Part shown: positions 1 to 11,900 of the stretch, one piece after another | Layout: every line of letters starts with the position of its first letter | Position numbering within the stretch: position 1 is the first letter of the stretch | Origin: Laetmonice hystrix | Taxonomy: Eukaryota | Direction of reading: 5' to 3' | NCBI GenBank assembly: GCA_965235115.1 | Contig: OZ249451.1 | Coordinates: 8,184,001-8,217,000 of the forward strand | Length of the DNA stretch: 33,000 nt | The notes under the pieces: generated by a model | Told to the model about the DNA's origin: nothing | Databases searched by the model: none | The model's input: the letters and a program-made list of their open reading frames with translations, nothing else | Position numbers and translations under genes: made by a program

Positions 1-419
1 CGTTTCTAATTATATCTACAAAGATTTTGTGCCGAGCGGTATTACCAATAAATATTCTTTCCTAATCGGCGAGCGGGGTAATCGGTTAGCAGACGCCTGC
101 AGCGTAGAACCCTAACAAAATAGACTAAAGAAAGAAACCTTAAATGAGTGTTACCTATCCTCCATTCCCAGCAGTTTTCTCAAATCGTATGGTTAGGTTT
201 TTTCTCTACCCTCTTCACTAACCCTTCAAAATCTGCTCCTGAACAGCGCCCCCAACGGCGGTTTCAAATTGAAGAGTACGTCCGCCTAAAACTGTGGGTC
301 GTAATAAACGGTCATTTTACCTCCACAATTCCAAACGTCCCCCCCCCCCCCTACTTCTGGCGCTGTGCGAAGTAAATGTGCACAACGGCCCTTCCCTTAA
401 TTATTGCATCAGGAGACGG

Positions 420-3400
420 CACACGGAACGCAGATAGTTCGGGGAGACCCAGAGCGAGTGTGTTCTATTTCAAAATGGCTTTCCTGAGTATCGGAATAGT
501 GTAACACGAGAGAAAGAGGGAGGGAGCGCAGGGCAACAGTTAGAACACGTTGGTTCGTTCCCTTGGGCTATTACCTTTCGACAGCCGGAGAACCGGCTGG
601 CCTCCACTATCGCGTGAACAGGCTCCACACTGAATTCATCACGAGTGTTTTATTTCAGATGCTGACCAAAAAAACTCCATGAATTTGTGTCGCCATTGGG
701 AGCTGTTAAAATCTAAGTGGACTTTTCGAGACAAATGTAGAAAGAGATACGGAAGGTTCCTGATGCAGACTCCCCATAGACCTGTGCGCCCTGAATGACT
801 AATATTGTGGTGTGCTACCTAACCAGTCAAAAAACATTTATTCTGCTCGCTCTCACTATATAGCCATATCTCTTCACTTTGCTGCGTTTCACTTACATCT
901 CTGCGGCAACGTTCCGATTCTTATATCGAGATATGATTTCTCGGGGTTTGATAGATTTGTGGGTCACATGAGCCCAATTCGTGCTGACGCAACTCATGTC
1001 AATGCTTACGACCTCCGGTTCTCGTACTGACCCCGTGTGAACCGAGAGCGAGTATGTAACCCTGGAGAGGGTGTTTGTAATCACGGGGGACGAATTCCTG
1101 GCGAAGTTCCTGCTCTGTGCTCATTCTCCTGCAGGTCGGCTGGAGGCGGGGGGACGGAGCCGAGTAATATTGTGTCCAGGTGGATGGTACATGTGATGAT
1201 TTTCCCACGCTGATCTACGCAGCCAGCCACTGGCAACAAGGAGATTCTTATTCCGGGAGCGACACCGGCAAATCCCCTTTGCGCCACGGACATCGGTGCA
1301 GGAATTGAGGAGAAGTTTAATCAAATCGAAGCTTCTTGTAGATAGATATTTAAATAGGTTTATGAAAAATATATAAGTTCAAGTGCCTGAACCCTCCTTT
1401 AGGAAAAGAATATTTTTCTTCTTCTAAATCTCCAATACTGGGTTCCATAATACGTGTAGTTTCAAGAATCTCCTTCTTTCACAGAAATGACGGTTGTACA
1501 ATTGTAGATATATGAAAACGTACGAGAGACGCGACATGGAGATGCTACGTTGTACTTCAGCTCACAAATTCGATCACGTATACAGGCTCTGATATTGGAC
1601 TAGGAGGATTCCCGGCTACATCTAAGCAAGAGAGTCGGGAAATTGGCTATCTACGACCTTTAAAGTGCAAATAACAACGGGACATCAATCTGAAATACTC
1701 TTGTTTCATCACACATTTTTATACCAATGCCGCGGGGGGAGTAGACTTTGAATGATTAGTCTGATCAAAGACTCTGGCCGGGGACTGCAAGGAGTTGGTA
1801 CTTAAAGTACCCCCTTCACTTTACATCCCCTTCTCTGTTAGCAGTACTGTATAGATCAAGGTGGCCCCTACTGATGACCAAAGGGAAGTTACTGAATCAT
1901 TTTGTTCCAACATGATTTGCAATGATCCGGTAAACAACGTGCTGCCTATAGCTTCTTTCAAAGTCTGCAGTACAAGCAATGCCAAAAATGTATTATTCTG
2001 AACTGTGACCAATTGGTACAGTGTGTTTATATGGTGGATGACTTCCAAGATACAAAACGTCCACTGCTTTCATTAAGTGGTACAAATCCCATTCTACAAC
2101 ATCCACACTCGCCGACCTGTGGTGGTTCCTGGGACGACCCTTCCGCCATGACCAACGCTTTGGCTCTAAGTGGGAAGGCGCCACCATATCCACTACAGGG
2201 GTCACAGACCAGTACACCACGTCGTGCTACCAATGAATTCTGGGTCAGGCGATTCCCCAGATGTAGTCAGTTGCTGATAGGAAAGATGACCCCGGGTCTG
2301 AGGTCATCCGCCACTCGGTCAACCCGAGTTGTTATGGGCTCTTAGCCAGATGTCTTGCGAGACATTTGCCCCACCTCCTAAATCTAGTAACATTTACTTA
2401 GAGAAGTACTGCTACCTCGCAATGTTAGAAAAACCGGGGAGTTGACACAGCTCGAATATGTCAGAGGTTACCGATAGGAAAGAGAGATCACATTAAAGGG
2501 CATTGCCTAGATTGGGAGGATAACGTTAATTGGACCAGGTGGGATAGCCTACTACAGTATATCGGGCACCATTGGAAAGGGGGACTGTGTATACTAATAG
2601 CAAGAATCCAGCGGTCTTATTTCTTTATCAGCGAAGCCATGTTGAAAACACGCAGACAACGCGGCAAGGTACCATGGGTCCTGGTTTAAAAGTAGTGGCA
2701 TTTCTTGAAGTGGGCCCAGCTCGAAGGGGGCGGAACACGTCGGTATGATGAAGGCATTAACCATTCCGACCATTCCCAAATCTCATTATCCTCATGAGCT
2801 CCACCTGGCTCCGTGGGGGGGTCTCATTTAGGGAAGCTGTGGCTCGGTTTTTCCCTGGGTAATGGGAGCTAGTGACTGTCCTGGCCGTGTTGCTGTGGGA
2901 AAACGCTGACGGTACCTCGCCCGAAACTAACCCAGTGATCAATTTTGAAATTATGCTTCCTCCAATCCCTGCTATATAATCTAGAAATATAGCCGAACCG
3001 GCGCGCTTACAACACAGCTAGAATGAACCTGAAGCATATATCAGAGGTTTTGCTATCTTTGCTCTGCCAGTATAGTCTATTCTCTGAAAATACGCAAAGT
3101 GCTCATGCTGCTGAGCGGATTAAATGATGGTTCCCGCAGGAAGGACGAAACACGACAAAGATAATTTCACGGCCGTGGAATCTTCAGCTTGACTTCATGA
3201 GAATCTTTGGTACTAATTAATCAAATAACCAAATAATCACGTAAAATCCATACATTTTTGCACTTTTAGTCATTGCTCTCTCATTCTATTCTATATAATC
3301 TCCAATCTTTGACCAGAGCTCCAGAATCTCTTCAAGGGTTGTCAAAGTCAAGTTCACTGGGTACATATATTTAAATCCCTTCAACCTCCTCCGAGGGTTT

Positions 3401-3810
3401 CTGAATAAGTAGAAACAAAAAACGGGATTAACATTATTATCATTAAAAACAGGAAGGAAACCCTCACACAGAATCTATGAATACCGATGCACCCAATGGC
3501 AGGATCTTCTTTAGTCCCCTGCGGGTATATCTTATATTAAAGGAAGGCTCTGATGTCCAACATTGTTTTATTAGGAAACGGTCCAGGAAAGGCTGACTTG
3601 AAAGAGTCACTCGCCGAGGGAGACATGCTGTATTATTGGACGGTTGCCATTATACGCAAGCTCTGAAATCGTGTATCCACGGCTCTTGCTGGAGTACGTC
3701 TTAAGTGTGCGGCAAAGCAGACCCAACATCTCGCCAAACTCGGCCAAATCACGTGCGGAGGAAACTTGTATCGCCTCAATAATATTGATGTCTCTTGGCA
3801 TTTGGCTACA
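420..3810 (-). pseudogene. Endogenous rhabdovirus-like L remnant, segment 2: RdRp core, capping (PRNTase) domain, connector and start of methyltransferase
   Basis: Ordered remnants: FGEMLG..SELAYNGNRP (~3640-3740; cf. MGQFLG..SLIYYNGRP), CW..RGLKKIL (~3500-3560), NDNNV (~3431-3446), NPLSSMST (~3098-3121; cf. NIMSSVST), AIFLDYIAGIGGSIISK (~2943-2993; cf. MLYLDPSLGGVSGMSLSR), LNQDPW (~2673-2690; cf. LIEDPT), LYLGS (~2041-2056; cf. AYLGSKT), FLALLVLQTLKEAIG..TGS (ORF 1821-2048; cf. KLAMTILSNIHSLTG..TGSALHR), YFKYQ (~1796-1810; cf. FDFLFQ), RGFAGVAPG..DLQENEHRAGTS (ORF 1081-1293; cf. RGFLKGLLDG..ELETIPHKIPTS), YGESASGT (~757-777; cf. WGRESRGT), LRF*QLP (~697-718; cf. IRLGQLP), CSRDSGG (~601-620; cf. 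CGDGSGG SAM-binding motif), WVSPNYL (~431-451; cf. WEYPSDL). Confidence 0.82.
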
Positions 3811-3841
3811 GATGTGCTACAGTGCCCCTCTGTACCGCTAC

Positions 3842-3881
3842 TCCCTCTCTCTGTCCGTCTCTGTCTGTCTCTGTTTCTCTG
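3842..3881. repeat. (TC)/(TCTG)-type microsatellite at the junction of the two L segments
   Basis: tccctctctctgtccgtctctgtctgtctctgtttctctg read directly. Confidence 0.8.
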
Positions 3882-3884
3882 GGT

Positions 3885-6050
3885 GCATTTTATATTGTAT
3901 TGCCCTCTTTTCCAACTCAAAGTGACACAAATCATTTAAAAACACATCAACACTGCTATCGGTATGATCGGCGTTATATATGTCATTGGCATGTAAGAGA
4001 ATATTTTACGTCCGCCAATCAAACAACGACATACCCAACTAACGGGTTACGTTATATAATCTTATCAGACATATAATTTATCGACTGCATTCCATAAATA
4101 TCCTTCCCCATGACCTTGTAGCAGGAAGGTAGGTAGAAGTATTCCTGACATTTCATTAGGTATGCCACACTACTTGATAAGGTTCAGCAAATGTACACCC
4201 ACAAACTCTGTAACACACTCACCGTGACGTTTACGTCACCAACAGTTACTGTCAGTGTCAGGTTTGAGGGCTCCTTTTCGTAGATCGTGCGATCAGATCT
4301 TCCTACATAGATCTACATTTATATATTATATAAAGGTTTGAATATTTCGTCGGTGTTAGCAGTGATCTATCCGACTCGATCGTGATAACGTCTCTAATGA
4401 GATCCCAGATGGCTGCCACCGAATCTATAAACTGCCTTCCGACGAGGGTTATTGTCGCCGCCTTTCTGCGCAGGCCCAGATCTACATTCGACCGCTGACG
4501 TTATCGCGTGATTTAAGAGACCACATGCCTATGACAGCTACAACAAACGGAAGTCTAGGCTCGTTATTTCGAATATGGGTACCATTTCTTTTTCCGCGTA
4601 TACTTTGAGTTGTATGTTATAGAGTAAGGGAATGCCAGCTGTATAGGTATAAGCCGAGTATAAGCGTATTATATTTTTGTAAAGTGGACATGAAAACAAT
4701 TCTATTTCCTCTCTCTTTGCCGGGGCCGTGGGGGAGCTTTGATGGTTCGATTCTGATGATTCGATTTAGTCGTGAGAATTGCAGAGAATAGTGACTTTGC
4801 AACTGTACCTTACACGCTCTTAATGCTCTCAAATTTAGGAAGTTTCATTAATTGATTAGTTATACATGACATCCTTCGATACATGCTGACCCTGAGGAGT
4901 ACGGTTTTGCCGGGTGGGTGCGCAGTTAATTGAACTTTGTGAAGGAATCATGTTATTGTAAAGTGATTAATTCAGGAAAGCAAAAGAAGGATTAAATACA
5001 GGTTCCTGTCTGCACCGATTGTTACCGAAACGTGACAGGTGTTTAATAGTCTGGTGGTACAAGGAATGGGGGAAATGCACAATAAATGGTGATGGCTGAA
5101 CATTCCTTTGTATTGCGGAATCCATCACACAATTTGAAAACTCCAGAATTATGGCCTTTTGCAAGTCCTAAAGCTCCTGGTCTCGGGTTTTGGCTGAAGT
5201 TTCAATCTCTAATGAGATCGCCTCATTTCAGATTAAGATATGGTTCAAGAGAGATAGAGCCCAAGACATTTTGCTCGATGGAGTTTAAGCTTCTAATCCT
5301 ATATCAAGCTACACCAAAAGGCAGGCCCTGAGACTCCATTTCAAATTGATTCTGCCGATAAAGAGTCAATTTCAACGAACACACCATTGTTCCTTTGGAT
5401 CGAATGGAAGGCCAAACTATGAAAAAACACGTCCGTGGACCAATCAGAGGGCTGTAACTGATTACTCCAGCAACTTATCACTGCCTGACAGGTTTGTTTC
5501 CGGTTGAGTCTATAATTGTTACGTCACAGTGGGGAGGGGTTGCTGGGTCCCGGTAGATACCAAGGCAGACTGTATCCGAGTCCGGTTTGGAGTTGCCTGG
5601 TTCCTGAGCTATTTTTTCCTTGAGTTCTGGCGAACTGGAAGAAGATTTAAATCTTTCACTTTATACACAAGGTCTGGCATGATTGGAGAATTGCAGGAGC
5701 TTAGCAAAGGTCACAATCGACCGTTTCTGGCCAGGACCAAAAGGGAGGGCTCAGCCATCCCATATCCACTGTCCAGACGGGTACAATACTTCATCCCCAT
5801 TTCTGATGGGACAAGGGCATGCACAAATCCAATCTAAAAATAAATCTCGGATAAAACTTTGCCGGAAACCAATGAAATATTGTTCTATTGGATGACCATT
5901 ATGTTTAATTCTATTGCTGTGACATAATCCTGAAGCATCTGGCACCTCATTCGAGATGTCTGATCGATATAGAATAACTTGGATGGTCTAGGTTTGGAGA
6001 AGATTCGAGTAAGAAGTAATCTAAGATACACGTATCCATCGTCTACGTCG
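3885..6050 (-). pseudogene. Endogenous rhabdovirus-like L (polymerase) remnant, segment 1: N-terminus to just past the RdRp catalytic core
   Basis: Manual minus-strand translation across frameshifts gives motifs in the order of vesiculovirus L (recalled): SPNLDHP (~5981-6000; cf. YNLNSP), RIRSLNSIEQNVLGS..PYLNL (~5225-5300; cf. [27 protein letters not shown]), SRFGNN..VFNPSFAF (~4970-5035; cf. DFGDKW..LDPSIIY), GKERGNRIVFMSTLQKY (~4670-4725; cf. [23 protein letters not shown]), DLCRKI*S (~4290-4313; cf. motif B GLRQKGW), VGDVNV (~4226-4243; cf. GDNQV), MQSINY (~4073-4090; cf. MQSADY), ANDIY..SSVD..LCHFE..AIQY (~3890-3990; cf. TNDQIP..SSVST..VAHFAE..MIQY). Many stops and frameshifts. Confidence 0.8.
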
Positions 6051-6249
6051 TATCCGCTGTCTTAGAAGAAATAAAACGTAATGTTCCATGTGACTTTCCA
6101 TTATAAAACGTTTCCAATGCCCGTATATAAGAGACAGAACGAAATTCCAGGAAAGTTTTAATCAGAATTACGACGGTATTTATTGGACATGACATTACAC
6201 TCCCCAGGCTGAGTTAGTTCATTCCAACGCCCTGAAGCAGACTTCATCA

Positions 6250-7495
6250 CTTTTATCACGTTTGATAACACATGCGAGACTGACTTATGATTATATCGAT
6301 AGGGGAGGTTGACCTGTGACCAGTATTTCTTGGTCTGACGACTGTTGCTGTGAGTATAGCTGGTTTACTGCACGCATAAGTGAATAAAAACTGGAGGCGA
6401 TTTATTTTCTACTGCAGCGAACATAATGCCTCATTGCCCACGACATACCCCCCTCCCTACATCTTCCGAAAGTGGACGCCTGCTAATGTAGCTCAACTTC
6501 CGGTATAGCTCCTGTTGAATCCCCTCAACACACAGCCTTAATTCTAGTCTGAATAACCATGTAACTTGCAATTAAGACCGAATTTTTTTTTCGCCTTTTA
6601 ATGTGCAACAAAGATACTGTTATCTGAGAAGGTCTGTTGGATTTTACACGATGGATTTCAGAAAATGCCCAAATAAATTCAGAGACAGTGAGCTACAAGG
6701 TGTTTTCAATTCCACGATGAATCGTGTGCCGATATAATCATGTATTCGTATCAAATTACTGTTCTCCTTAAATAAAAGACAAACTCATACACCGGCAGAC
6801 CTAATTAGAATTAAAAATTTTAAAAGGGGAATTATACCACAACTTAATTGAAGCTGTTTTTCTCTAGTCATGGTAAATCCAACACCAAAGGTATGTGGTT
6901 TAAGGAGTGTGACTTCTTTTCTAACTGCCTACCAGGAAAAAGAAGCTGCATTAGCCATTCCTTTATTTTTTCAATGTTCTGACTCAATTAAGAAAAATCC
7001 TTGTCATCTGTGATTCTTCAGTTAAAAGGCGAACATTGGCCAGAGACTGCATGCACTGCAAAGTTATTTTGAAGAAGACCAATTATCTCCCAGTTCTGGA
7101 ATTAAATTCACATTTTAAGGATCACGAAAGTAGTCAAACTAGGTTTTTTTTGCGAAGATTTTACATTTCCAGCCTACCGGTCGAGATATCCTCAGACATG
7201 TATACAAAGACATAGCCATAGAAAACACCCTAATATATGACTGCCGACACTGGAGTAAAAACAAATACCGACTGTGAGAGCAATCATCAAAAACTTAGCC
7301 TCCTGCCGGGAAACCATTGGCGGAGGTCAGTTTGCTATCACCTAAGTACCAATACTAATAAGATAACAAGCTACATCCTAATGACAAGTCATCTGCCACC
7401 CAAAGAAACCAGACCACCAATTCCATGCACGGAGTTCCTATTGTCTGACACGTTAAGCTGGAATTATAGGTATCAACCCAGACAACAAACGACGT
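6250..7495 (+). mobile_element. Decayed Penelope-like element (RT C-terminal half plus GIY-YIG endonuclease)
   Basis: Frame-broken remnants in expected order: KRG-Y-HNLIEAVF (~6820-6860; cf. F..RGY...LI...F), KLF*RRPIIS (~7060-7090), NTLIYDCRHWSKNKY (~7223-7268; GIY-YIG NLIY..C..C..Y), SVCYHL (~7328-7345; cf. PVA.HF), terminal GIN (~7469-7477). Confidence 0.5.
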
Positions 7496-8241
7496 AAAAC
7501 ATAGGACCGACAGTTAAATAGAATATACAACTGCCCCCCCCCCCTCCGAAAAAAAGAAACCGAAATTTCGACCAACCGTGTTGGCCCTAATACGACGGGA
7601 CTTAGCGCCGTCATTGTGCACTATTATAAAAAGAGGAGGCCAGAAGATCACGTTATTATTGATCACCGCCCGGCAGATAATTCTGGCCACCAGTGGATTA
7701 CCTGCGCCGTCCCTGGCGCGTTTACCCTTGCGGCCAATAGAATTAACTTCCCTCATGCGTCACCACGACAACATCGAACCATGCAGTGGGCGACAAAAGA
7801 GTGTCCCGGCGAACTGCGCAGGGCGTCGTGTCCGCGCTCTATGTGCCGTCTCATAGGGCGTTTTATCACGTCCTCCATCACGTTCAGATCGTACGTGTTA
7901 TAGATTTCAATGGCCAGAAAACATTTCCTTATGGTTATTGCTGCTTTGATCTTCCTCTCATCTTCCGATTTGAATCATTTGTCCTGTCGATATTCTACAT
8001 CATGTGTCATAAAACGCCGCCCGGTAACGTACTGCCGCTGATGACCTGCAGTCGTCATCGCCAGTCGTCAGACTTTCCCTACCTGCCCAGTCACTCGCAA
8101 CACCTTATATGGGCTAGCTGCGTCCGACCGGAGAACACAATTGCCTTCAGCGACGCAAGCAAATAAAACATCGACACCATAAGCTTGCGTTCCCGTTGGT
8201 CAATATGACGTTGCACGGTATTCTAAATAAAGCAAAAGGAA

Positions 8242-8554
8242 AAATCCGAGCTCGGCGCCAAAGAGCCGGGATCATTTATGGAGGAGAAACGAGGAGTTTG
8301 CGTAGGTATGAGATTAGTATAGATACTCTCACATAATATGTATCTAGGACCCATGTCGTGTGCTCAGTATGTATTGTCAAGGAAATGTAAACAATAGCTG
8401 TACTCCCGTTAACCACCATCTTGGTTCTCACCTCTCGCGCGCTCTGGGTCGGAAGTGACGAAGGCGACTTGGGAGACGATTCGGAGGGTATAAATACAAC
8501 CGAGCAGACAGAGTCGAGTTCTCTACCTTTGGAAGCATCGTGGCAATCAGACGG
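8242..8554 (+). repeat. Split direct repeat A1 (313 bp)
   Basis: No differences found by eye from 12999-13311 (constant offset 4757). Confidence 0.97.
8450..8495 (+). promoter_or_regulatory. Putative Pol II promoter in repeat A (ETS-like CGGAAGTG, TATA box)
   Basis: CGGAAGTGACG at 8450-8460 and TATAAA at 8489-8494, ~60 bp before the end of A1; duplicated in A2. Confidence 0.55.
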
Positions 8555-9419
8555 TTTTGTTCCCCACACATCGGGTGAGTTCGTTCTATGGTTGGGACTT
8601 CGTTTCAAGTGTAGAGTGGAACGTGGTTTGTCGACTGTTTCGTATATTTGCCTTGTGTTTATGACACCTGTACAGGTGTTGTGTCTAAAACAGATTCAGT
8701 TATTCGTCTTTCGAGGCTGTATTTTAGTCCGGTACCCAGTATTTATGCGTGTCTGAAATACTCTGAGTGTTGCGGAGCACGCGGTCACTGTCCACGGGGC
8801 CGACCTGGCCTTTGTTGTTCGGGCTTGGCCATGCAGACTACTTGAGGCTCCTGGTAAACAGTTTGTGTTACGACGTTGAAGTTATTTCACTTTGCCACGC
8901 ATTGCAGGCGACTGACAACGTCAGCGGTCCTATGTTGTGTAATTTTGTGTACGTATTTGTCCCAGAAGGGTAGTGGGGTTACGATAATTTCAGTTTTGTA
9001 TTTACCGTGGGTACTTCGTGTTGAGTCGGGTAATAATAGCGTGGTACCAGGAATGGGCTTATACAACGGTAGTTTGTAAGCGTATACTTGCGGGTCGTTC
9101 CTTTTCATGTGCGTTTCCTGACCTAGGTGTGACTACTGCTCCCCCTTTGAATTATGTTGGGGTCACTTTTTGTGGTATTGGTGGGCGATAGCGGCATACC
9201 CGTATGCGCATCCGAATTTTGGTTTGTCCTCCCACGTGGTGTATCATGGTGGGGGGTAGGCTCGGGGAAATGTGAGGTACATGGAGTTGATGTTTTTCGC
9301 TAGCCCTCACTGTGTGGAGTTGTGTAGAAATATTTTTGTGTCCTCCGGTGGTTGTAGAGGAACGATTCGTGGACTCGACCAGTGAACTGCTGTAACTTGA
9401 TACGCCGGGTGTTCATCAA

Positions 9420-9890
9420 TTTATCTATTCCTGTCTTATATGGGTGTTTACTGCTGCCTCTAATTCTAACAGTTGAGACCAAGTTTGCCATGCGACAGGT
9501 GTTTGGTATGCTTCCCTATAGATTTTGTTAAATAAACGGTGTTTATCGCTTGGCGGAAATGTTTTTGCCGTTTGGAATGTTGGTGGGATGTGGATATGCT
9601 GCACGTGTATTCGAGCGGTATGTGGTGAGCTGTTATTTGGCAGAGGTATTAGTTACGGTGGGCAGTTTAATATGTCCCAGAGGTATTGGCATCACCTTTA
9701 ACCTGATACACTTGGTCTTTGGAGATGGTCGATAAACGTAACGAGTTGAGGGACACTAGGCCTATATTAGTATCGTTGATAATTTTCTTTTTGTTTCTAG
9801 CCAACGAGTAGCTATCCATGTTATATCTAGATTAAGGCAGGTGTCTCTCACTATTCAGTGTGGTTACTTTAGCTACAGTTGCATGGTAAG
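9420..9890 (+). pseudogene. Remnant of DIRS/Ngaro-type reverse transcriptase N-terminal part
   Basis: GELLFGRG (cf. E...GR..GPF), GSLICPRGIGITFNLIHLVFGDGR then SIN (cf. SPLG.VPKK..G.FRLIHHLS.P.G.S.N), AYISIVD (cf. Y.SIDD); broken frames. Confidence 0.5.
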
Positions 9891-9897
9891 CGGCGTG

Positions 9898-10520
9898 GTT
9901 GTTACCTGGTCGGGGTCGTGTTCCGTGGGGTCCGTCCTCCCTTGATAGGGTTACCTTGGGGTTGACGCTGTGTGGTCCCTTCGGTTCCGCCTTCCCTTGT
10001 TGTTGTTACCTGGTTGGGGGTGGGGCCGTGTTCCGTTGGGTTCCGTCCTCCTTTGATAGGGTTACCTTGGGGTTGACGGTGTGTGGTCCCTTCGGTTCCG
10101 TCATCCCCGTTATATTACAAGTTGTTTACGGCAGATGTGGCGCATTGTACTTCTAGTCCCCTTTATGGGTGATCGATGGGTACCCGTGTATATATGGATG
10201 GGAGAGGGTGTTACCTCCGCTCTGCCTTTGCTAGGGTTTAGGGATGATCCTCTATTTTCTTGTTCCAGGGGTTCCGTCCTCCCTTGATACGATTCCTTGG
10301 GGTTGACGGTGTGTTCCCTTCGGTTCCGCCATCTCCGTTGTATTAAAAGTTGTTTACGGCAGATGTGCCTGGTTTCCGCAGGCTGCCACATCCTTTGATG
10401 CATTGTACTTCTAGTCCCCATTATGGTGATCGATGGGTACCCGTGTATGTGGATGTGAGGGAGTGTCTCCTCCGCTCTGCCTTTGTTGGGGATTGGAGCT
10501 TAACCTTTAATTTCTTGTTT
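9898..10520. repeat. Nested imperfect tandem duplications (~105 bp and ~230-260 bp units) inside the Ngaro-like element
   Basis: ttccgtcctcc(c/t)ttgata..ccttggggttgacg..cccttcggttccg occurs three times; gcattgtacttctagtcccc..ctccgctctgcctttg occurs twice. Confidence 0.9.
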
Positions 10521-10619
10521 TAAAGTTGTTAAGAAGTCATTTTAGGTCAGTAGGGGGTTTTAGTCAATCAGGTCACTTCTCCTGTATTTTACTGTGTACG
10601 CATTTTATATCTACCTCGC

Positions 10620-11212
10620 CGTCAATTTTCAATGTACCATCATGTTAATTTGGTAATATTAGGTATCTAGATAAAATTTTAACATCAGTCAGGGTTGTCA
10701 CCTTAGCTAACTGTTGCCTATTGTTGTTTTTACTGTGTGTTGAGGGCTATAATGTAGGATATATTATATATTTATAGTAATTTTGTCTAACTATATAATT
10801 TAAATGTTAACTTTGTAAATTATCTGAACGTCAATTTTCAATGTACCATTTTGCTAATTTGGTAATATTAGGTATCTTCGATAAAAACGTCAGTCAGGGT
10901 TGTCACCTTATTAGCTAATTGTTGCCTATTGTAGTTTTTACTGTGTTGAGGGCTATAATGTAGGATATATTATATATTTATCGTAATTTCGTCTAACTAT
11001 ATAATTTAAATGTTAACTTTGTAAATTGACGTTACAATGTACCATTTTGCTAATTTGGTAATATTAGGTATCTTCGATAAAATTGTTAATGTCAGTTAGG
11101 GTAGTCACTTTAGCTAATTGTTGCCTATTGTAGTTTTTACTGTGAGGGCTATAATGTAGGATATATTATATATTTATCGTAATTTCGTCTAACTATATAA
11201 TTAAATGTTAAC
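10620..11212. repeat. AT-rich tandem repeat, ~200 bp unit x ~3, inside the Ngaro-like element
   Basis: caatgtaccat..aatttggtaatattaggtatct..gagggctataatgtaggatatattatatattta..gtctaactatataatt repeated three times. Confidence 0.93.
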
Positions 11213-11379
11213 TATAAGGTAATATGTAATATTGTATTATTGAGTGATTAATTGATTTGTCATAATGTATGAGCGGAATTTATGCAATTTATGACATTGC
11301 GTTGATTGTATTTGTCATAGGGCAGTAACTGTTACTCACTCGGCCAGATGTTTCCTCGGTCTTTTGTTTTCCATTTTTA

Positions 11380-11900
11380 GGTGGACGACAGGCTGAGCAT
11401 ATGGCTTTGGTGCATAGGACGTGGGACGTATATGCTATATTTACACATACATGTACTGATATGAGCAGATGGAAGGCTGAGTATGTGTTTTTGGTGGACG
11501 TTGGAGGTTTACTGATGTGGGTAAGGTCAATTCCCCGTGTTTTGAACCTGTGATGTTATTCGCAGGGCTGAGTATTGATTTATATTATTCAAGGTTCGGT
11601 ATGGTTCAGAGGTTGTTCTGGTTTAGAGGTTCCTTTAGCTACCATTTCTATACATATATGTCATGCCTGTTTCTTGTAGGTTATACTTGCCGCGTGGGCT
11701 TAACGTGGTTGGGTTGGGTCCCGGATATCAAAGCCTTTAACTCGTTCGTTTGATCCTGTGGTTATTTTGTGTATATCTATACGGAGATCAGTTATCTTTT
11801 TAAAGTTTTGGGAAACCTCTCGGCCCCAAGAGATCCGATGTTGGATGTAGGCTATGTTGGACTCCCAAGCGTGAAGCGATTCCACGGTTTTTGACTACGA
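11380..11900 (+). pseudogene. Remnant of Ngaro-type RT end/RNase H
   Basis: TDMSRW..VFL..VGG..W, NL*CYSQG..IIQGSVWFRG (cf. L.LYTD.AG..GFG..F.G.WF.G), LVRLIL. Confidence 0.4.

Noticed and set aside
3820-4600. Unrelated insertion interrupting the L fossil
   Set aside because: Closer translation showed L-like motifs continuing through most of it, so it is treated as a duplicated RdRp core.
8276-8756. Duplicated ORFs in repeats A and B (also 12634-13717)
   Set aside because: Duplication follows from the repeats; no protein signal apart from the short AYYTYIR YR remnant.
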